From an uncultured Nocardioides sp. (GTDB lineage: Bacteria; Actinomycetota; Actinomycetes; Propionibacteriales; Nocardioidaceae): 64,000 nucleotides of DNA. Positions 27,431 through 36,680 of the stretch are shown piece by piece. The stretch spans positions 1,135-65,134 of the forward strand of contig CAZQCA010000001.1 of the NCBI GenBank assembly GCA_964591845.1, given 5' to 3'. Position numbers and translations under genes: made by a program. Below the pieces are notes generated by a model, which did not search any database, had not been told where the DNA came from, and saw only the letters and a program-made list of their open reading frames with translations. The first letter of the stretch is position 1. Each line of letters opens with the position of its first letter.

Positions 27431-28627
27431 TCAGGGCAGCGGTCGGGTCCACAGGGCGCCCGAGACGCCGTCGTCGGTCGCGACCACCAGGGAGTGGCGC
27501 CAGGCGCACGCGGTCATCGTGGTGTCGCCGTCGGACGGCAGCCCGGTGACCCGCTCCGGCGTCGGCACCCGCGCGAGGTCGTCGCCGACGAGCCACAGCT
27601 GGTAGCCACGACCGTCCGCCACGCTCGCGACGGTGCCCTCACCGGCGGGGCACAGCCCGGTCACGTACGCCGCCTGCGAGGGGCTGGTCGCCAGCTGGGC
27701 GAACCTCGGGCCCTCCGTCCACCGGCCCTCCCGCCGCTGCCACAGGCGGAACGTCTGACCGTCGAGCCCGGCTCCGGTGGCTTCGTCGTCGCCGCCGACG
27801 GCCAGCTCGAGCGTGCCGTAGCCCTCGCCCGACCCGACCGGCTCCGCCGTCCAGACCCGGCCGTCGGCGGACGACCACGCGGCGGGGGAGCCCGGGTCTC
27901 CCGGCATCCCGACCGTGCCCACCACGACCCAGTCGTCACCCACCCGGGCGGCGGCCTGCCCGACGGTGCGGGAGTCGCCCTCGCTGGTGAGCCCGGGGGC
28001 GCCGTCCTCGACGGAGAAGGCGGCCCCGTCGGCCGACCGCCAGACCACCGCTCCCGACAGGCGGGTGCCGGCGAGCAGGAAGCCCGGCGGGCCGGCGGCC
28101 AGCGTGCCGACGCTGATCGCCCGGGGACCACCGAAGACCTCGAACCGCGCCGGCACGTTCACCAGCCCACCGGCGGCCGACCCGACCCAGGTGCTGGTGC
28201 GCGGCAGGAAGTGCGCACCGCCCGACTTCGCGCCGACGGTCACGATGCGGTCGCCCCGGCAGGCGGCCGACGACAGCAGCGCCTGGCGCGCGTAGAGGTC
28301 GCCGCCGGAGAACGCCAGACGCTGCCACGCGCGTGGGTGGCCCAGCCAGGCCGCCGGTCGCGTGGTGCCGTCGCGCCTCGCCTCGGCGCCCAGCACCAGC
28401 AGGTCGTCACCGCACGCGACGATCGCGCGCGGGGCCGGCCGCCAGCCGCGATGGCTGGGCAGCTGGTCGCGCCGCCACCCGCCGACGGGCAGCTCGGAGG
28501 CGCTGCGGGTGGCCGGACCCGGGTCCGGCGTGGGCTCGGAGCGGTCGCCCGCGTCCGGCGTACAGGCGGCCGAGGCCGTCGCGAGCAGCACGCAGCCTGC
28601 GGCCACCCCTCGCCAGCGTGCGCCCAC
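27431..28627 (-). CDS. Putative lipoprotein with BNR/beta-propeller-like repeats
   Basis: Lipobox ASAAC; WRSADG and WSSADG repeats; GTG start inferred. Confidence 0.65.
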   Translation of the reverse strand: MGARWRGVAAGCVLLATASAACTPDAGDRSEPTPDPGPATRSASELPVGGWRRDQLPSHRGWRPAPRAIVACGDDLLVLGAEARRDGTTRPAAWLGHPRAWQRLAFSGGDLYARQALLSSAACRGDRIVTVGAKSGGAHFLPRTSTWVGSAAGGLVNVPARFEVFGGPRAISVGTLAAGPPGFLLAGTRLSGAVVWRSADGAAFSVEDGAPGLTSEGDSRTVGQAAARVGDDWVVVGTVGMPGDPGSPAAWSSADGRVWTAEPVGSGEGYGTLELAVGGDDEATGAGLDGQTFRLWQRREGRWTEGPRFAQLATSPSQAAYVTGLCPAGEGTVASVADGRGYQLWLVGDDLARVPTPERVTGLPSDGDTTMTACAWRHSLVVATDDGVSGALWTRPLP

Positions 28628-28789
28628 CGCGCGCTCCCCTCGGCCTGATCCGCCCGACCTGCTCAGTCTGCACCCCGCCGGGCGACCGCCCGCCGGTCGC
28701 GCCACCACCCCCGCGGGCCATTGACCCGGCTGCCTTGAGGGAGGAGCGTCGTGGTCCATCGGGCGATCCACGTCTTGGGGGGATGCAGC

Positions 28790-29659
28790 ATGACCGAGCG
28801 ACGGGGCGACGGTCGCGCAGCGCGCGACCGTCTGCTCGTGTGGGTCCTCCTCCTGGTCGCTGCCGTCGCGATCGCGGACCTGGTCGTCGTCTTCCTCCTG
28901 TCCGAGAGCGGCGATCGCTCGTCGCTGCGCACCGAGCTCGGCAAGGCCGCGATCCAGCTGCTGGTGGTCGTCGTGATCGGCACCGTGCTCAAGCTGGTGG
29001 TCGACCGGCATCAGGCGCGGGCGCAGCGGGCCGAGCAGGACCAGCGCTTCCGCCAGGAGAAGTACGACCTGGTCGTCGGCGTCACCAACACCCTCAGGCG
29101 GGTGCCGCTGCTGGTCGAGGCCAACCGGAGCGTCAAGACCTGGAGCGAGGAGATGCTGGGCGTGATGGACGCCGGCCTCCGGCTGCGCTCGCTCAAGCAC
29201 CAGATCTTCTCCTGCCGGGTGCTCGACAGCCCGCCCTTCGCATCCCATGCCGCGCTGTCCAGGCTGCTGGAGGAGATGTACCGCTACACCGACTGGGTCC
29301 TGGACGACTTCACGGCGAACAAGAAGCGCCTCAGCGAGCTCCAGCGTGTCGCCGAAGCGGCCGAGCCGGAGGAGCGTGGTGCGGCCCAGGAGCGGATCTG
29401 GCGCGAGCTGTGCGCGCTGGCGTCCATCGCGGACATGGGTGTCGAGCTGACGGGGGACGCGCGCGCATCACGTCGCGCCGAGATCGTCGAGTGGCTGAGC
29501 GCGGGCGCGGATGCGGGCCCGTTTGTGGCTCGTGGCGACCATCCCACGTGGGCGACGTACCTCGAGTGCGAGAGTGTCGCGCTCGAGCTGATGACCCAGG
29601 CGCGCTGGGTGGAGCCGGAGATCCCCCGGCTAAGCGAGGAACCCACGGGAGCCGCCTGA
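28790..29659 (+). CDS. Hypothetical protein with two N-terminal TM helices and a helical C-terminal domain
   Basis: 289-aa ORF with two hydrophobic segments and no recognised motif. Confidence 0.65.
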   Translation: MTERRGDGRAARDRLLVWVLLLVAAVAIADLVVVFLLSESGDRSSLRTELGKAAIQLLVVVVIGTVLKLVVDRHQARAQRAEQDQRFRQEKYDLVVGVTNTLRRVPLLVEANRSVKTWSEEMLGVMDAGLRLRSLKHQIFSCRVLDSPPFASHAALSRLLEEMYRYTDWVLDDFTANKKRLSELQRVAEAAEPEERGAAQERIWRELCALASIADMGVELTGDARASRRAEIVEWLSAGADAGPFVARGDHPTWATYLECESVALELMTQARWVEPEIPRLSEEPTGAA

Positions 29660-29678
29660 CCCGTGGCCCGCCGGCCGG

Positions 29679-30830
29679 TCACTGGGAGACACGGGCGAAG
29701 TGGGAGACGACCGCGTCGTCCACGATGCTCATGAGCACCTGGAAGTCGATGCCCTCGCTGGAGGCGTCGTCGAGCCGGAGCTCGGCGGTGACCGCCACGG
29801 TGAGGTCGCGGGCGGGGACCACCTCGATCAGCTGGCCGCCGTAGCCGAGCGCCCAGAACGCGTCGTCGCCGTCGACGGTGCCGGTCCACCAGAGGAAGCC
29901 GTAGCCGTCGACGCCGGAGAACGCCTCGACGTCGACCTGCGACTGCGTCGCCTCCTCGATCCAGCTCTCGGAGACGATCTGCTGGTCGCCCCACCGGCCG
30001 CCGTCGAGATAGAGCTGGCCCAGCTTGACCAGGTCGCGGGGCCGCAGCCTGAGCCCCCACCAGCCGGTGCTGACGCCGTCGGGGTCCGTGGGCCAGGCGA
30101 AGCCCGCCTGCTCGAACGCCGTCTGGTTGCGCCAGGTCGGCACGTCGGTGAGAGCCGGCGTGGTCGGGATGTCGAGCGGCTCGAAGAGCCGCGACCGGGC
30201 GAAGTCGAGCGCGGAGCTGCCGCAGGCCTGCGTGAGGATCGCGGAGACGAGGTGGGCGCCGCCGTTGGAGTAGCCGAACCCGCCGCCGGGTGGCGCCTCG
30301 GCGCTGCGCAGGATCGCCCGCTCCCAGCTCGCGCCCGCCATGAAGTCGGGAAGCGCCCCCGCGAGGTTGGTGCGGACCCGGGTGATGCCGTTGGGGAAGC
30401 CTCCGGTCATGGTGAGGAGCTGGCGCAGGGTGGTGCCGGCCACCTCGGGCGACATCGCGTCGGCGGACTCCGGCAGCAGCTGCTCGAGGGTCGCGTCCAG
30501 GTCGTCGAGGCAGCCCTCGTCGAGCGCGATGCCCACCAGCGTCGACAGCACGCTCTTGGTCACCGACTGGACGTTCTGGTAGGTCTCGGCGTCGGAGTCG
30601 CCGTAGTACTGCTCGAAGATGATCGTGTCGTGGGTGGCGGCCACGATCGCCGTGACCTCGCCGAACGCGGTGACGGTGTCGGCGTACTCGGCGAGGTCGG
30701 CCTCGATGCTCGAGGCGTCGGGCAGCGCGGGAGACTCGTCGTCGGTCGCGGAGCCCGAGCACGCGGGCAGGAGCAGGCACGCCGCCAGGAGAAGGGGAGC
30801 GGCCAGGCGGAGGGAGACGGGCCGGCGCAC
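29679..30830 (-). CDS. Serine hydrolase (beta-lactamase class C family) lipoprotein
   Basis: Lipobox LPAC, SVTKS (SxxK), LLTMTGG, YSN, YGFLWW and ALGYGGQ. Confidence 0.9.
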   Translation of the reverse strand: MRRPVSLRLAAPLLLAACLLLPACSGSATDDESPALPDASSIEADLAEYADTVTAFGEVTAIVAATHDTIIFEQYYGDSDAETYQNVQSVTKSVLSTLVGIALDEGCLDDLDATLEQLLPESADAMSPEVAGTTLRQLLTMTGGFPNGITRVRTNLAGALPDFMAGASWERAILRSAEAPPGGGFGYSNGGAHLVSAILTQACGSSALDFARSRLFEPLDIPTTPALTDVPTWRNQTAFEQAGFAWPTDPDGVSTGWWGLRLRPRDLVKLGQLYLDGGRWGDQQIVSESWIEEATQSQVDVEAFSGVDGYGFLWWTGTVDGDDAFWALGYGGQLIEVVPARDLTVAVTAELRLDDASSEGIDFQVLMSIVDDAVVSHFARVSQ

Positions 30831-30837
30831 GGACCGG

Positions 30838-31014
30838 CTAGAGCATGCTGCCGCCACCGCGGGCGACGGTGCCGGCGTCGTGGTTCTCCTTCCCGCAGCG
30901 CCGGCAGCGGAGGAACGTGCCCCCCGACTCTCCGTCGGAGCCCGTCGGGTAGGCGATGGTGAGCCACTGGTGGCCGGCCAGCTTGCAGATCGTGAACCGC
31001 TTGAGGTTGTCCAT
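30838..31014 (-). CDS. Small putative zinc-binding protein (CxxxGH-W...CxRCG), 58 aa
   Basis: MDNLKRFTICKLAGHQW...RCRRCGK; strong RBS ggaggtgg. Confidence 0.65.
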   Translation of the reverse strand: MDNLKRFTICKLAGHQWLTIAYPTGSDGESGGTFLRCRRCGKENHDAGTVARGGGSML

Positions 31015-31266
31015 GTCGATCCACCTCCGTGAGACCAAGCTCTCATCGTAGCGGCGGTCCCGCCAGCAGTCGGACCCACAAAGGGCCCCCTGCCAGATCT
31101 CAGCACGCTCGGCGGACCCCTGGGCCGCGTCGTTGGTGGGTCCGAGAGGTGGCCGGGGCCCGGGCGGCCTGGGTAAAGCCTGTCCACAGATTGCCCGCAC
31201 CCCCTGTTGCGGGATGCGTGGGTTCGCCTAGGTTCGCGGTCAACACCTTCTGTCGGGGGAGGGCTG

Positions 31267-32517
31267 ATGACGGCTGTGGCCGATGCTCACGGGGAGCTGG
31301 TCGAGGCGCTGGACGCGCGCGTGCGCGCCGTCGTACGACGTGAGGGTGTCGACCCGCAGGCCGACGTGCCACACGTACGCCGCATCGCCGAGGCCGCCGT
31401 TCGCGACCACGACGAGCGCAGCCTGACCGGGGTCGTCACACCTGTGCCCGACCCGGGCGCGATGGTGGCCGAGCTGGTGGCGCGGGTCTCCGGCTTCGGC
31501 CCGTTGCAGCCGTTCCTGGACGACCCGACCGTCGAGGAGATCTGGATCAACGACCCCACCCGCGTCTTCGTCGCGCGCAACGGCCGGCACGAGCTGACCA
31601 ACCTGATGCTGACCACCGGCCAGGTCACCGAGCTGGTCGAGCGGATGCTGAAGTCGAGCGGGCGGCGCGTGGACATCAGCCAGCCGTTCGTCGACGCGAT
31701 GCTGCCCGACGGCAACCGGCTCCACGTCGTGCTCGAGGGCATCACGCGTGGGTTCTCGGCGGTCAACATCCGCAAGTTCGTCCTCCGGGCGGGCCGGCTG
31801 TCCGACCTGGTGGAGCTGGGGAGTCTGACCCCGCAGGCGGCGGCGTTCCTCGAGGCCTCGGTCAAGGCGGGGCTCAACATCCTCGTCGCGGGCGGCACCC
31901 AGGCCGGCAAGACCACGATGCTCAACTGCCTCGCCGCCGCGATCCCTGGCGGCGACCGGGTGGTCAGCGCCGAGGAGGTCTTCGAGCTCCGCTTCCCGCA
32001 CCCCGACTGGGTGCCGATGCAGACGCGCCAGGCCGGGCTCGAGGGGACGGGTGAGGTGCGGCTGCGCGACCTCGTCAAAGAGGCCCTCAGGATGAGGCCC
32101 AGCCGCGTCATCGTCGGGGAGGTGCGTGCCGAGGAGTGTCTCGACCTCCTGCTGGCACTCAACGCCGGGCTGCCGGGCATGTGCACCATCCATGCCAACA
32201 GCGCCCGCGAGGCCCTGGTCAAGATGTGCACGCTGCCGCTTCTCGCCGGCGAGAACATCTCTGCGCGCTTCGTGGTCCCGACCGTGGCCTCCTCGGTCGA
32301 CCTCGTGGTGCATCTCGGCATCGACACCCACGGCACGCGCCGCGTCAACGAGATCGTTGCCGTACCCGGACGAGTGGAGTCCGACGTGATCGAGACCGAG
32401 CCGGTCTTCGACACCGTCGACGGGGATCTGGTCCGGGTGGGCGGCATGCCACCGCGGCCGGAGCGCTACGAGCGGGTCGGCGTCGACCTGCGTCGGTTGC
32501 TGGGGAGTGCTCCTTGA
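31267..32517 (+). CDS. cpaF: Tad/Flp pilus assembly ATPase TadA/CpaF
   Basis: GPLQPFLDDP, VDAMLPDGNR, GGTQAGKTT, ALRMRPSRVIVGEVR and CTIHANS. Confidence 0.95.
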   Translation: MTAVADAHGELVEALDARVRAVVRREGVDPQADVPHVRRIAEAAVRDHDERSLTGVVTPVPDPGAMVAELVARVSGFGPLQPFLDDPTVEEIWINDPTRVFVARNGRHELTNLMLTTGQVTELVERMLKSSGRRVDISQPFVDAMLPDGNRLHVVLEGITRGFSAVNIRKFVLRAGRLSDLVELGSLTPQAAAFLEASVKAGLNILVAGGTQAGKTTMLNCLAAAIPGGDRVVSAEEVFELRFPHPDWVPMQTRQAGLEGTGEVRLRDLVKEALRMRPSRVIVGEVRAEECLDLLLALNAGLPGMCTIHANSAREALVKMCTLPLLAGENISARFVVPTVASSVDLVVHLGIDTHGTRRVNEIVAVPGRVESDVIETEPVFDTVDGDLVRVGGMPPRPERYERVGVDLRRLLGSAP

Positions 32518-33368
32518 TGGGGGCCGCGGTCGGCCTCGGGGTCGGCTGTGGGTTGCTGCTGATCTGGACGGCGTTCGCGTTGCCTCGACGTGAGCGGGCA
32601 GGGCGCTCCCTGGGTGCGCTCCACCGACTCCTGACCTCGGCCGGTGTCCAGGCCGTCTCGCCTCGGAGCCTGCTGGCGATGTGCGTGGCGCTGGCGGTCA
32701 CGGTCGGCGTCGTGGTCCAGGCCGTCTCCCGTACGCCGACCGTCGCCGTTGTCTTCGCGGCGCTGGCCGGCGGCCTTCCGGTGGCGGTGCTGCGGTCGCG
32801 CGCTCGCCGTCGGCAGCGGGAGTTCGCCGAGGTCTGGCCGGAGGCCGTCGACAACCTGGCCTCCGCCGTACGTGCGGGTCTGTCGCTGCCCGACGCACTG
32901 GCCGGCCTGGCGGTGCGCGGGCCGGAGCCTCTGCGCGAGGCCTTCGGTCAGTTCGCGGTCGACTACCAGGTGAGCGGACGGTTCGGCGACAGCCTCGACC
33001 GGTTGAAGGAGCGGCTGGCCGACCCGGTCGGCGACCGGGTCGTCGAGGGGCTGCGGGTGGCGCGCGAGGTCGGCGGCGGCCAGCTCGGACGGCTGCTGCG
33101 CAACCTCTCCGGCTACCTGCGCGACGACCTGCGCACCCGCTCGGAGATGGAGTCGCGGCAGGCCTGGACGGTCAACGGAGCCCGACTGGCCGTCGCGGCC
33201 CCGTGGCTGGTGCTCCTCATGCTGTCGGCTCAGGACCAGGTCATCCGCCGCTACGCGAGCCCGGTGGGATTCGCGATCCTCGTGTCCGGCGGTGTGCTGT
33301 GCGCGGTGGCCTACTGGGCGATGATGCGCATCGGTCGGCTGCCGATCGAGCGGAGGATCCTGGCATGA
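32517..33368 (+). CDS. tadB: Type II secretion F family protein TadB
   Basis: WPEAVDNLASAVRAGLSL and AREVGGG; TGATG coupling with cpaF. Confidence 0.9.
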   Translation: MGAAVGLGVGCGLLLIWTAFALPRRERAGRSLGALHRLLTSAGVQAVSPRSLLAMCVALAVTVGVVVQAVSRTPTVAVVFAALAGGLPVAVLRSRARRRQREFAEVWPEAVDNLASAVRAGLSLPDALAGLAVRGPEPLREAFGQFAVDYQVSGRFGDSLDRLKERLADPVGDRVVEGLRVAREVGGGQLGRLLRNLSGYLRDDLRTRSEMESRQAWTVNGARLAVAAPWLVLLMLSAQDQVIRRYASPVGFAILVSGGVLCAVAYWAMMRIGRLPIERRILA

Positions 33369-34306
33369 CCGGCGCCTGGTGGGGCGCCTTGCTCGGGGCG
33401 ACCGCGAGCACGGGGCTCCTCCTCGCGGCCTCACGCGTGCTGGCGATCCGGCGACCTCAGCTCGATCTGCGCGTCCTCCCGTTCATCCGCGACCTGCCGC
33501 AGACCCGGAGGCTGCCCGGCTTCCGCGCACCCACCCAGCGATCGGCCAACCCCGTGACCGCCGTGTTCGGTCCGGCCGTGCAGCGCGTGGCCGGGGGTGT
33601 CGAGCGTGTGCTCGGCGGGTCGGCGTCGGTGCGGCGTCGACTCGAGCGGGCCGGTCTCGACCAGACCGTGCGCGACTTCCGGGTGCGTCAAGTGGTGTGG
33701 GGGCTGGTGGCCTTCGCCGCGGCCGCCGTGGTCGGGCTGGTGCGATCGCTCGCCGACCCGGGGGCCGTGGTGGCCTCGCTCGCCGTGTGCGGGCTCGCGT
33801 TCGCGGCTGGGGTGGTGGCCTGTGACAACCGGCTCTCGAGCCTGGTCGCTCGTCGCGAGCGTGAGATGCTGCTGGAGTTCCCGACGCTCGCCGAGCTGCT
33901 GGCCCTGGCCGTGGCGGCGGGCGAGGGCCCGGTCGCGGCGCTGGATCGCGTCGTTCGCCGCAGCGGCGGCGAGCTCTCCCGCGAGCTCGGCACCGTGCTG
34001 GCCGCCATCCGCACGGGGGAGCCGGTGAGCACGGCCTTCGACCAGCTGGCCTCGCGCACCGGCGTCCCCCTGGTGGCCCGCTTCGCCGACGGCATCTCGG
34101 TCGCGGTCGAGCGAGGCACGCCGCTGGCCGACGTGCTGCACGCGCAGGCCGCCGACGTCCGCGAGGCCGGACGCCGTGAGCTGATCGAGTCGGCCGCGCG
34201 CCGCGAGGTGCTGATGATGGTGCCGGTCGTCTTCCTGATCCTGCCCGTGACCGTGCTGTTCGCCTTCTGGCCCGGCGTGGTCGGGCTGAGCCTGACCACT
34301 CCTTGA
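33365..34306 (+). CDS. tadC: Type II secretion F family protein TadC
   Basis: EFPTLAELLALAVAAGE, ERGTPLADVL and MMVPVVFLILP. Confidence 0.9.
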   Translation: MTGAWWGALLGATASTGLLLAASRVLAIRRPQLDLRVLPFIRDLPQTRRLPGFRAPTQRSANPVTAVFGPAVQRVAGGVERVLGGSASVRRRLERAGLDQTVRDFRVRQVVWGLVAFAAAAVVGLVRSLADPGAVVASLAVCGLAFAAGVVACDNRLSSLVARREREMLLEFPTLAELLALAVAAGEGPVAALDRVVRRSGGELSRELGTVLAAIRTGEPVSTAFDQLASRTGVPLVARFADGISVAVERGTPLADVLHAQAADVREAGRRELIESAARREVLMMVPVVFLILPVTVLFAFWPGVVGLSLTTP

Positions 34307-34351
34307 CCACGCACTCCCGACTCCATGACCACCACACGAAACGAGGGAACG

Positions 34352-34555
34352 ATGAGCTGGCAACGCTTCGAGGTGGCGCTCTGGACCCGGCTCGTCGCCT
34401 GGACGGCCCTGTCCCGCCGGCGCGACGAGCGCGGCGACGTGCCGGGCTGGGTGCTGGTCACGCTGATGACGGCGGGGCTGGTGACGATCCTGTACGCCTT
34501 CGCCGGCGACCGCCTCCGGGAGCTGCTGGCGGACGCCCTGAGCGGGATCGGCTGA
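34352..34555 (+). CDS. Flp-type pilin
   Basis: RRDERG|DVPGWVLVTLMTAGLV prepilin-like cleavage site followed by a hydrophobic helix. Confidence 0.8.
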   Translation: MSWQRFEVALWTRLVAWTALSRRRDERGDVPGWVLVTLMTAGLVTILYAFAGDRLRELLADALSGIG

Positions 34556-34558
34556 TCC

Positions 34559-34945
34559 GTGCCGCGCACCAGGGGCGGGCAGCGCGGGTCGGCGGTGGTC
34601 GACTTCGTGCTGGTCATGCTGATCCTGGTGCCGCTCTTCCTCGGGATCCTCCAGGTGGCCCTCGTGCTCCACGTGCGCAACACCCTGGCGTCGGCGGCCT
34701 CGGATGGTGCGCGCTACGGCGCGACCGCCGACCGGGGGCCGGCCGACGCGGCGGCCCGGACGCGCGAGCAGATCGGCACCGCACTCTCGCCCCGCTACGC
34801 CGACCGCGTCACCGCCCGCCCGGCCTCGGTGGGCGGAGCGCCCGGCATCGAGGTGCGCGTCGAGGCCGACGTACCGGCGCTCGGGCTGGGTGGTTTCGGC
34901 ATCCACCTCAGCGTGGCCGGGCACGCGGTGGAGGAGGAGCCGTGA
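34559..34945 (+). CDS. TadE-like pseudopilin
   Basis: QRGSAVVDFVLV...AASDGARYGA. Confidence 0.88.
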   Translation: MPRTRGGQRGSAVVDFVLVMLILVPLFLGILQVALVLHVRNTLASAASDGARYGATADRGPADAAARTREQIGTALSPRYADRVTARPASVGGAPGIEVRVEADVPALGLGGFGIHLSVAGHAVEEEP

Positions 34946-35388
34946 GGGCGCGGGACGAGCGCGGGTCGGCGGTGGTGGAGTTCACCTGGCTCGGGCTGCT
35001 CCTGCTGGTGCCGCTGGTGTGGATCGTGCTGTCGGCGTTCGAGGTGCAGCGCGGCGCCTTCGCGACGACGGGCGCGGCGCGCGCCGCCGGACGGGCGTTC
35101 GCGCTCGCGCCCGACGACGCCACCGGCCGGGCGCGGGCCGAGGCGGCGGCCCGCCAGGCGTACGCCGACCAGGGCATCGACCGCGCGCCGGTCGAGGTGA
35201 CCATCACCTGCGCCCCCTATCCCGGCTCGTGCCACTCGGGCACGTCGGTGGTGACGGTCGTCGTGCGCAGCCGGGTGGAGCTGCCGCTGCTGCCCGACGT
35301 GCTCGGCGGCGGCGCGCCGACCTTCCGGCTCGATGCGACCCATCGGGTGCCGATCGGGCGCTATGTCGAGGTGACGGGAGGTGGCTGA
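34942..35388 (+). CDS. TadE-like pseudopilin
   Basis: DERGSAVVEFTWL...AARAAGRA; GTGA overlap. Confidence 0.85.
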   Translation: MRARDERGSAVVEFTWLGLLLLVPLVWIVLSAFEVQRGAFATTGAARAAGRAFALAPDDATGRARAEAAARQAYADQGIDRAPVEVTITCAPYPGSCHSGTSVVTVVVRSRVELPLLPDVLGGGAPTFRLDATHRVPIGRYVEVTGGG

Positions 35389-35836
35389 GCTCTCGCGTCG
35401 CCGCGATCAGCGCGGCACGACGACGCTGATGATCATCGGATTCGCGTTCGTGCTGCTGGTGATGGTGGCGGTGGTCGTCGACGCCTCGGCGGCCTATCTC
35501 CGTCGGCAGGGGCTCGACAACCTCGCCGACGGAGCCGCGCTCGCGGGTGCCGACGCCGGCGCGTCGGGGGAGGACCTCTACACGGGGGGCGTCGACGAGG
35601 ACCGGCTGCGCCTCTTCGCCGACTCGGCCCGGGCCGGGGTGGTCGACTACCTCGCCCGCTCCTCGGCGTACGCCGACTATCCGGGACTGCGGTTCGAGGT
35701 CAGCGTCGACCCGGGCGACCGGTCGGTGACCGTGCGGCTCCGGGCCCCGCTCGAGCTGCCGCTGACGATCCCCGGGTCGCCCGAGCGCGTCTCGATCGGC
35801 TCCACCGGCTCGGCCGTCGTACGACCGGAGCGGTGA
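35381..35836 (+). CDS. TadG-like pilus assembly protein
   Basis: DQRGTTTLMII...VVDASAAYL...ADGAALAGA. Confidence 0.85.
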   Translation: MAELSRRRDQRGTTTLMIIGFAFVLLVMVAVVVDASAAYLRRQGLDNLADGAALAGADAGASGEDLYTGGVDEDRLRLFADSARAGVVDYLARSSAYADYPGLRFEVSVDPGDRSVTVRLRAPLELPLTIPGSPERVSIGSTGSAVVRPER

Positions 35837-35912
35837 GCGTGCGCCTGGCTGGCACCTTCAGTGCGATGGGCGCCCCTGTGGGGCTGCTGCTCTCGTCGGA
35901 CAGTGCCGAACG

Positions 35913-36004
35913 GCGACCACTCGGACCGGCAAACGGCGCTGACGGAAGTAGCGCCACGCTCGACCGAAGCACGGAGAGCCTCGTTTGCCGGTCCGACTGG
36001 TCGC
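35913..36004. repeat. 92-bp element with 23-bp terminal inverted repeats (REP/MITE-like)
   Basis: gcgaccactcggaccggcaaacg / cgtttgccggtccgactggtcgc (22/23 match), with an internal hairpin ggcgct...agcgcc. Confidence 0.7.
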
Positions 36005-36029
36005 ACCGGACAGCAGGGCGAGCCGCCTC

Positions 36030-36548
36030 CTAGGGCATCCGCACGTTGGAGAAGTACGGCCGCGCGAACGGGTAGTCCTGGACGACCCACCGCCGCAGCG
36101 CGTCGTGGGCCTTGGCGTAGTAGCCGGCGTCGTGGGCCTCGGGGGTGACCCACCAGCTCACGTCGACATCGTGCTGGGCGAGCTCGGGCGTGAGCGGCCG
36201 CCGCACGCCCATCGGGTAGAGGTAGGCGCAGCCGAGGTAGCCGCGACCCGTGGCCCGCAGGATGAACGCGAAGGACTTCGCGTCGCGGAACTCGCACTCG
36301 TGCCAGTACTCGTCGACGACGATCTCCTCCTCGGTCACCGCCTCGGTCGGCCACGACCCGCCGCGCGTCTCGCGGATCAGGTCGAGGCTCGCGTTGATGC
36401 CGAGCACGTCCTCGGCCACGTCGTCGCGGGTGATCGCGCTCGCGACGAGGTCGTCGTACCTCAGCTCGCGGGGTGGCACGAACCCCGCCGGCAGCACCAG
36501 CTTCTTCACGTACGCCGACCAGTCGGTCGTCGGGGGAGTCGAGGTCAT
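36030..36548 (-). CDS. GNAT-like N-acetyltransferase
   Basis: SWPT, HECEFRDAKSFAF, YLGCAYLYP, VSWWV and WVVQDYPF. Confidence 0.75.
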   Translation of the reverse strand: MTSTPPTTDWSAYVKKLVLPAGFVPPRELRYDDLVASAITRDDVAEDVLGINASLDLIRETRGGSWPTEAVTEEEIVVDEYWHECEFRDAKSFAFILRATGRGYLGCAYLYPMGVRRPLTPELAQHDVDVSWWVTPEAHDAGYYAKAHDALRRWVVQDYPFARPYFSNVRMP

Positions 36549-36644
36549 GGTCGCAGTGTCCCCGGAGGTGCAAGCTTGCTGTCGAGGAGCGGGCGCTGCC
36601 CGGCGCTCCGGGGGTAGACCGCCTCCGCCCACCAGGGCTAGCCT

Positions 36645-36661
36645 CGAAAGTTATAGTTTCG
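36645..36661. promoter_or_regulatory. AT-rich imperfect palindrome upstream of the giant operon (putative operator or promoter)
   Basis: CGAAA-gttatag-TTTCG ends 20 nt before ATG 36681, in otherwise very GC-rich DNA. Confidence 0.45.
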
Positions 36662-36680
36662 CCCTGCCGGTGGGATCGCG

